From the NCBI GenBank assembly GCA_964016885.1, contig OZ024743.1, positions 97,836,001 through 97,900,000 of the forward strand: a stretch of DNA of 64,000 bases, read 5' to 3'. The notes under the pieces are model-generated. The model had not been told where the DNA came from. It saw only the letters and a list, made by a program, of their open reading frames with translations, and made no database searches. Both the position numbers and the translations under genes were made by a program. Source of the stretch: Eledone cirrhosa (Eukaryota). This document shows positions 55,726 through 64,000 of this stretch, in pieces (positions within the stretch are counted from its first letter, which is position 1; the number at the start of each line of letters is the position of its first letter).

Positions 55726-56136
55726 CCGGGAGAGATGACCCCTTAGCCTTTGTGAAGGCAGAATTCTAGGAGAAGGAAAACTCTGATATAACACCTGCAA
55801 CCCTGATGGTATCCAATGATGTTGACTTGTTCTTCTTTTTGGTAAATATCATCACGGTTAAGAGAGTGGGACTGGCTTTGTGCAGTGCCTTTGCTCACCA
55901 TAAAAGCTTCACGGCACAGGCATTGCTTTATATGTGGAGATCTCTCTGCACTTGTCGTTACATGGTACCATGGGCCCAGCACTATGTGTCAATAATTGTC
56001 ACAGGTGTAGTGTTTGTACCAGAGTTTTCAAGTCGCTGGCTGGACTAAAAAGTCACACTCGTTCAGCGCATCGGTAGGGGTTCTCATACATGGATATAAA
56101 GTAGTGGTCGTACTCGAAAACGAGTTGGCAGCCACC
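55726..56136 (+). mobile_element. Family R copy 3, 5'-truncated
   Basis: Starts CCGGGAGAGATGACC, ends GGCAGCCACC. Confidence 0.85.
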
Positions 56137-56139
56137 AAG

Positions 56140-56200
<61 letters not shown>

Positions 56201-56255
56201 GTGAGAGTTTTTTTACAAAATGAAAAATAACCGAGGTGTCCTACACGAGTGAAAG

Positions 56256-56898
56256 TATAAAGAAAAAAAGATGAAATCGAAAATGCAACTGGAGTCTTAT
56301 TTTTTTTAAAATATATATATTTATTTGGTTCCTTTACCGGTTTCGCAATTCTTCTGTTTTTCAAAAGTAGAGTTGAGATGGAGGGTCTGTGGTTTTTCTC
56401 ACATCTGGTTGGTCTCTGAATGTTACTTGTTTTATATGGAAAAAAGTGGCTCGAAATGCCAGGTTTTTAGAGAAGTAATTTGATTGGTTGGTCAATAATT
56501 ATAATAAATTTCGCGCCAGTTCGCGTTACAAAGTTCTTCAAACAAGGGGGGGGGGGCACAGGTTGTTTTTTCATATATGAGTGCTTGAATTTCTTTTTAC
56601 TTAAAAAAGGGGGGTCACGAAGGCTTTTTTTTAATAAACGTAATTTGATTGGTTATAAATGAAATTATGGCTGTCACGTGATCAAGTTTTCATTAAATTT
56701 TCGCGCCCTTATTTGGAAATCTATTCTGTAGCCTTTTTAGAGAATTTTATGACAAGCAAAAGATAATGGTCAAGAGAAATTGGATGGGAGAATTGTTATG
56801 GTTCAGTGAATATGGTTAGTTCGCTGGGGTGTCAGAATTCAGTTTTCTATTGAATAAAGAAAGTAAAGATATGTATGTTTATTTGTGTGCTTGTGTGC

Positions 56899-56967
<69 letters not shown>

Positions 56968-57283
56968 CTTGAATTTCTTTTTACTTAAAAAAAGGGGCTC
57001 ACGAAGGCTTTTTTTTAATAAACGTAATTTGATTGGTTATAAATGAAATTATGGCTGTCACGTGAACAAGTTTTCCTTAAATTTTCGCGCCCTTATTTGG
57101 AAATCTATTCTGTAGCCTTTTTAGAGAATTTTATGACAAGCAAAAGATAATGGTCAAGAGAAATTGGATGGGAGAATTGTTCTGGTTCAATGAATATGGT
57201 TAGTTCGCTGGGGTGTCAGAATTCAGATTTTCTATTGAATAAAGAAAGTAAAGATATGTATGTTTAGTTGTGTGCTTGTGTGC

Positions 57284-57357
<74 letters not shown>

Positions 57358-58569
57358 TGTGTATGTGTGTTTGAATTTCTTTTTACTTAAAAAAGGGGGC
57401 TCACGAAGGCTTCTTTTTAATAAACGTAATTTGATTGGTTATAAATGAAATTATGGCTGTCACGTGAACAAGTTTTCCTTAAATTTTCGCGCCCTTATTT
57501 GGAAATCTATTCTGTAGCCTTTTTAGAGAATTTTATGACAAGCAAAAGATAATGGTCAAGAGAAATTGGATGGGAGAATTGTTCTGGTTCAGTGAATATG
57601 GTTAGTTCGCTGGGGTGTCAGAATTCAGATTTTCTATTGAAGTAAAGAAAGTAAAAATGTGTATGTTTATTTGTGTGCTTGTATGTGTGTGTGTGTGTGT
57701 ATGTGTGTGCGTGTGTGTATTGGGAGATGATTCTATTAGTAGAAATGGGGTAGGGAGTTGTGTGTGTGTGTGTATATGGGTTTTATGTGTGTGTCTGTGG
57801 GAGTATGTTAAGATGGAGAGAATATATATATTTTGTGTGTGTGTATATATGTGTGTAGGAAAATGATTCTATTAGTAGAAATGGGGGTTGTTATGTGTGT
57901 GTATGGGTGTTATGTGTGTGGGAGTATGGTTAGCATGTTAAGATGAAGAGAATATATATATATATATTGTGTGTGTGTGTGTGTAGGAAAATGATTCCTT
58001 TAGTAGGAATATTTTTGAATGAACATATTTTCCTTACTTATTCGTATTTGTTCTGTTGTATTGTCAGCGCTAACGTATGTTAAGGTTTATTTAGTTCGGG
58101 TTTTTATTTTCTAAAGTAGCAGGTGTTATGTGTGTGTGTATGTGTGTTTGGATGGTTAGCATGTTATGGTGTTGACATAATGTATATTAAACCATATTTA
58201 ATGCTGGTCTATATTTTTGAATAAACATATTTTCCTTATTTATTCGTATTTGTTCTGTTGTATTGTTAGCGCAAAGGTAAAATGGGAAGACTTGGAAGTC
58301 TTATAACTTGCGCATATGTCTAGATGTGCGCTTAGTGACCAACCAATCAAATTACTTCTCTAAAAACCTGGCATTTCGAGCCACATTTTTCTATATAAAA
58401 CAAGTAACATTCAGAGACCAACCAGATGTGAGAAAAACCACAGACCCTCCATCTAAACTCTACTTTTGAAAAACAGAAGAACTGCGAAACCGGTAAAGGA
58501 ACCAAATAAATATATATATTTTTTTTTAAATAAAACTCCAGTTGCATTTTCGATTTCATCTTTTTTTCG

Positions 58570-58574
<5 letters not shown>
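56256..58574. mobile_element. ORF-less PLE-type element: ~240-bp inverted termini around three ~390-bp tandem units
   Basis: 56256-56495 reverse-complements 58336-58574; decayed HHR TTGAAAA-ACAG..CTGC-GAAACCGGTA at 58463-58498; tandem units near 56580, 56965, 57368. Confidence 0.75.
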
Positions 58575-58605
<31 letters not shown>

Positions 58606-58633
58606 TTGTATGTAGATATGTATATATGTATAT

Positions 58634-59226
58634 GTCAGGTCACCAGTTGGTGCTACTGGTAACATGTATCCCAGTACAACCTGTCTCATGGTCGGGTCGT
58701 TGGCGACTAAACTGGCAACCCCAGCAAGGTTTCTTGGTGAGGACATCCTGCAGGACTAAAAACAAAACCTGTCAAAGGGCAAAGTAGCTCTTAAGAGTCA
58801 ATGGCCATCCAAAATCACCGGGAGAGATGACCCCTTAACCTTTGTCAAGGCAGAATTCTAGGAGAAGGAAAACTCTGATATAACACCTGCAACTCTGATG
58901 GTATCCAATGATGTTGACTTGTTCTTCTTTTTGGTAAATATCATCTTGGTTAAGAGAGTGCGACTGGCTTTGTGCAGTGCCTTTGCTCACTATAAAATCT
59001 TCACGGCACAGGCATTGCTTTATATCAGGAGATCTCTCTGCACTTGTCGTCACATGGTACCATGGGCCCAGCACTGTGTCAATAATTGTCACAAGTGTAG
59101 TGTTTGTACCAGAGTTTTCAAGTCGCTGGCTGGACTAAGAAGTCACACTCGTTCAGCGCATCGGTAGGAGTTCTCCTACATGGATATACAGTAGTGGCCG
59201 TACTCGAAAACGAGTTGGCAGCCACC
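58634..59226 (+). mobile_element. Family R copy 4
   Basis: Near-identical to the other copies; small deletion in the 5' region. Confidence 0.85.
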
Positions 59227-59291
59227 ATGTATGTATATATGTATATATGTATATATATATATATATATGTGTGTGTGTATGTATATATGTA

Positions 59292-59340
<49 letters not shown>

Positions 59341-59415
59341 ATGTATGTATATATGTATATATATATATATGTGTGTATGTATGTATATATGTATATATAT
59401 ATATATATGTATGTA

Positions 59416-59488
<73 letters not shown>

Positions 59489-59786
59489 ATATGTATATAT
59501 ATATATATACAAATAATGTATATATGTATATATATATATATATAAAAATAATCGAGGATCAGAATTTCGGCCCACGAAATAACGATAAACAAACTTCGAA
59601 ATGTGTAGCAGAGGGCTCAATAGTTTGGATGAACCAGAGCTATAACTATCGTTAAAATACCAACACATAAAGACGATGCTTAGAATCAATCGCACAGCCG
59701 AAAAAAGCGACCAGGAAAATTCGGGTCAATCAAATAAAAAATTAATAAATTAATAGATTAAATATATATATGTGTGTATGTATGTA

Positions 59787-59828
<42 letters not shown>

Positions 59829-59966
59829 GTGGACCTTTCATCAGGATGTAAGACATTTATTGAATCAAACACCAACTTAATAATAAGTAGTGTTTTACAC
59901 TAGATATATGGCAACATGACGATTAACAGATGGGCTAAAGATTACATGTAATTGATGATCAATAAC

Positions 59967-59967
<1 letters not shown>

Positions 59968-60010
<43 letters not shown>

Positions 60011-60248
60011 AGCAGCAGCAGCACTAGTAGTAGTAGCAGAGCAGCAGCAGTAGTAGTAGTAGCAGTAGCAGCAGCAGTAGTAGTAGTAGCAGTAGCAGTA
60101 GCAGCAGCAGTAGCAGTAGCAGCAGCAGTAGTAGTAGTAGTAGCAGTAGCAGCAGCAGCAGTAGTAGTAGTAGTAGTAGTAGTAGCAGCAGCAGCAGTAG
60201 TAGTAGCAGTTGCAGCAACAGCGACAGCAACAACAGCTACAACAACAG
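59968..60248. repeat. (TAG)n/(CAG)n microsatellite
   Basis: Direct reading. Confidence 0.95.
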
Positions 60249-61012
60249 TTCAATTCCAACTAATGATTCCTGAGTATAAAGGACACGGTCTATTAAATGC
60301 CAGTATTGGGGCAGTGACATTTTATAGAATTGCAGGAACTTTCCTGGTTGGAATCAGTCAAAATTGTTTTTATTTTTTCCACAAATAAACATTTCTTTTG
60401 TCTAAAAAAACAGTTCTTCATCTACGTGGTCACTAAACCTGCTCGAAATAGCACCAAATATATTTCATATTGCTGGTGTATTAATAGAGTCTTTAGAGCG
60501 TTAAATAGATTGGTATTTCTTCCGGTTTCAAATACGGCCGAAGTTAACTTTCCCTTTCATACTACTCAGATCGATAAATAAAGTACAAACCCAGCGCAGA
60601 TACCTTAGCGGGACTGTTAAAAGTTTGACGGGGGGTTTTGCTTTATTTTTTAAAAAGGCATAGCTAACTACGCCGGGATTTGAACTCAGATCATAAAGTT
60701 TTTGACAAATACAGCTAAGCATTTGTTCTATTCTCTAATGATTTTGTCACTCTACCACCCTACAATACTAATACTACATATAGCCACCCGTGAAATTCCC
60801 TGCAACTTCAACCAAAGACAGCGGCTAGAATAGTAAATCAACCCCCCACCCCCCCAAAAAAATACAATTGTATATAAATACAAGTAATGTAAATGCTAAA
60901 GGGTTAAAAGAAATGTAAAATGAGAGCATAGACTCTCTCGGTTTATTTCTGTCTCTCTATTTGTGTATGTATCTATTTATCTGTCTATCTATTACTCGTT
61001 TTCTCTTTCTCG

Positions 61013-61103
<91 letters not shown>

Positions 61104-61449
61104 AAATGTAATCGGAGTTATTCGAATATTAATAATAACACTCGATTCGTTTGCAATTATGCAAACAACCCTCATTTTTATAGCCATGTCAGTAGAATAA
61201 ACTCTTCATTCTTGCTCTTGTGTTGGCATGTAAACAGAACTGCAGACACTAATGTTTCTGGGTATCACCCTCTCATCAGTACAGCTCACTGCTCACCTGC
61301 CAACTGTCAGAGCTAGTGAAATTTTATATATATATATATATATAGTTTTAATATAGATGAGATTCTAATATTAAAACTGTTATACTCTGCTATGTATTGA
61401 GTACCTTACTTACTGTGGTTACCTCCTATTCAACCCGGAATAACGTAGC

Positions 61450-61565
<116 letters not shown>

Positions 61566-61689
61566 CGCGCGAGCGCGCGCGTGTGTGTGTGTGTGTGTGT
61601 GTGTAAAAGGTAAACACAAGTAACAACACAATCGGTACAGTATATAGAAGGTATATATTAGGTTAACTCTTGATATAGCAGGAAGAGGG

Positions 61690-61725
61690 TCTTAACGTTT
61701 CGGACGCTAGTCCTTCATCAGAAGA
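61690..61725 (-). ncRNA. Type I minimal hammerhead ribozyme
   Basis: Minus strand TCTT-CTGATGA-AGGAC(TAGC)GTCC-GAAAC GTT-AAGA; intact core, stems I and II pair, palindromic stem III. Confidence 0.85.
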
Positions 61726-62285
61726 AAGAATGAGAAATAAAATAGATTAAGGGTACGGGCGGGATGGATTTGGAAAAAATGTCTTTAGATAAAAATAATA
61801 GATCCATTCATGTTGACATCTCTTGCAAAACTGTTGGTGCTGGCGTTTTGTGTATGATTTGTTTCGACAGCTATTACTGGTCCGGAAATAGCTGTCGAAA
61901 CGGCTTGAGCTCTGCCGTCGGGGTTCTCACTCTTTTCCTATATATATATATATATATATACATACATATACCTATCTTTCTCTCTCTTATTTTCTTTATT
62001 TGTCACAGAATTGACAAAGTCTTAAGTGTGTGGAATAAATGGTTTTCTTTCCGAATCATCACTCGCGTAAATGAAGTGTAACAGTTGGATCTGAGAATCG
62101 AAACCATAAGCTTCGCTCACCAACACCTGCAAGGCTCACCCACAGTTAGGAATCTAACAAATGTTTCATTCCAAATTTATGTAGAAATATGTTAAATACA
62201 ACCGCAACTACGCCTACACACACACGTATACATACACACACACACACACACACATACATACACACACATATACACACACATATAC

Positions 62286-62330
<45 letters not shown>

Positions 62331-62900
62331 CTCATATATGTGTTTGTGTCCATATTTATGCATATTTCCAGATAGTATTGTTAGATCTATACATAGATAT
62401 ATACTTAACTGTACAAATTGATCCGTTCATACACTCATAGATGCACATATGTATAAATAAATAAATAAATAAAATATATATATATATTGTACGTAATCTA
62501 TCTGAATATATAACCATTTCCTGCAAATATTATCTAAAGGGCAATATGAAAATTTAATCATACTATTATATAAGCGTTTGATTGTGATGTACTTTCATTT
62601 AATCTGGAATCTGTATCTGAATGTACACATAATATCTACATATATAAATGTCTGTGTGTCTATGCGTGTGCTGATGTGTGTGATTTGTATATATTGGAAT
62701 AGATGTATGTACACTTATAGATAGATAGATAGATAGATAGATAGACATCGATAGATAGATAGATAGAATAGATAGATAGATAGACATCGATAGATAGGTA
62801 GATATCGACAGAGGTATATATATATTTAGGCATGCACATGTACAGATACATATACAAAAACCTACACATACATTCAGAAAACAAACGCGTGACGAAATGC

Positions 62901-62934
<34 letters not shown>

Positions 62935-63521
62935 ACATTTATACATTTATATGTATGTATGTATGTATGTATATATATATATGTGTGTGTGTGTGTGTAT
63001 GTGTGGGGGTGCATATGCATGTGGTGATATGTCTGTGTGTGAATCTGTACGTGTATTGCATGTGTAAACACATATCTAGATTTTCGTGGTGAACTTTCAA
63101 GAAACATGAGATCAATAAGGAGAAGAGAAGAGATAGCTGTGAGGCATAACATCCAACGATGAGGGATATCATTCATACGATATAACATCGCTTTGATCTT
63201 AAACTCTTCTTCCATTTTCCCCTTGTCTTTGAACGATGGAAAATTCCTGCTGAAGCAATCAATAAAAAAAATTACCCGGAATAAAAAGACAATTTTACGA
63301 CCTTCCTCGACTCCCCCTCCCCTATGTTACTATTATATCAACTTGACATACACCTCCGCTCTTTGTCATTAGCGGTGTCCGATATAATTGTCCAAAGAAG
63401 GATCTCTTTGAATTCCATCTGATCCATCTTTCTCGTATTATTTAAAGTTTTTCAATCTGAAGGATAATGATATTTTATTGTGTATGTAATTCTTATTTTT
63501 CTTTCCCACCTTCTCCTTCTA

Positions 63522-63534
<13 letters not shown>

Positions 63535-63613
<79 letters not shown>

Positions 63614-63705
63614 TATATATATATATATATATATGCATATATATACACATATATATATATATATATATATATGCATATATATACACATATATATATATAT
63701 GCATA

Positions 63706-63737
<32 letters not shown>

Positions 63738-63790
63738 CATATATATATGTATATATATGTGTATATATATATATATATAAATATATATAA
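63535..63790. repeat. (TA)n-rich microsatellite
   Basis: Direct reading; dozens of similar TA/TG/GA tracts occur throughout and are not listed individually. Confidence 0.95.
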
Positions 63791-64000
63791 GCTCTCTATT
63801 TATTCATCTCTCTCACACTCTGGTTCGCTCTAATCTTTCTCTATTCTCTCGTAATTTCCTTACCAATGTATGAAACCCCTCCAGTTTCTGCTATGTTCTT
63901 TTAAAATAATTCCTCCAGACATATTGGAAGAAACTTTAAAGACCCTTTCATGAATAGGTGTTGGAATATTCGTCTTGCACAACATATCAAAGTATATTCA

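Overview
AT-rich, microsatellite-saturated eukaryotic DNA, probably intergenic or intronic. The repeat families look cephalopod (Octopus-like); this is inferred from the repeats only. I find no intact host gene, and nearly all long ORFs are (TA)n/(TG)n/(TACA)n artefacts. Recognisable coding remnants are all from mobile elements: a Penelope-like (PLE) GIY-YIG ORF, a mariner pseudogene, and HERO-like, CR1-like, Tx1/L1-like and RTE LINE fragments. There are also many tRNA-derived SINEs, a non-autonomous Helitron and several minisatellites. The most striking signal is a dense set of type I hammerhead ribozyme (HHR) motifs in small, often palindromic, mostly (TA)n-embedded elements. The best example is a 310-bp tandem 'retrozyme'-like repeat lying head-to-head with a diverged opposite-strand homologue whose stem shows compensatory pairing (53.76-54.89 kb). 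A four-copy non-autonomous RTE derivative carries a twister-like 5' fold. Repeat boundaries and RNA folds were read by eye and are approximate.
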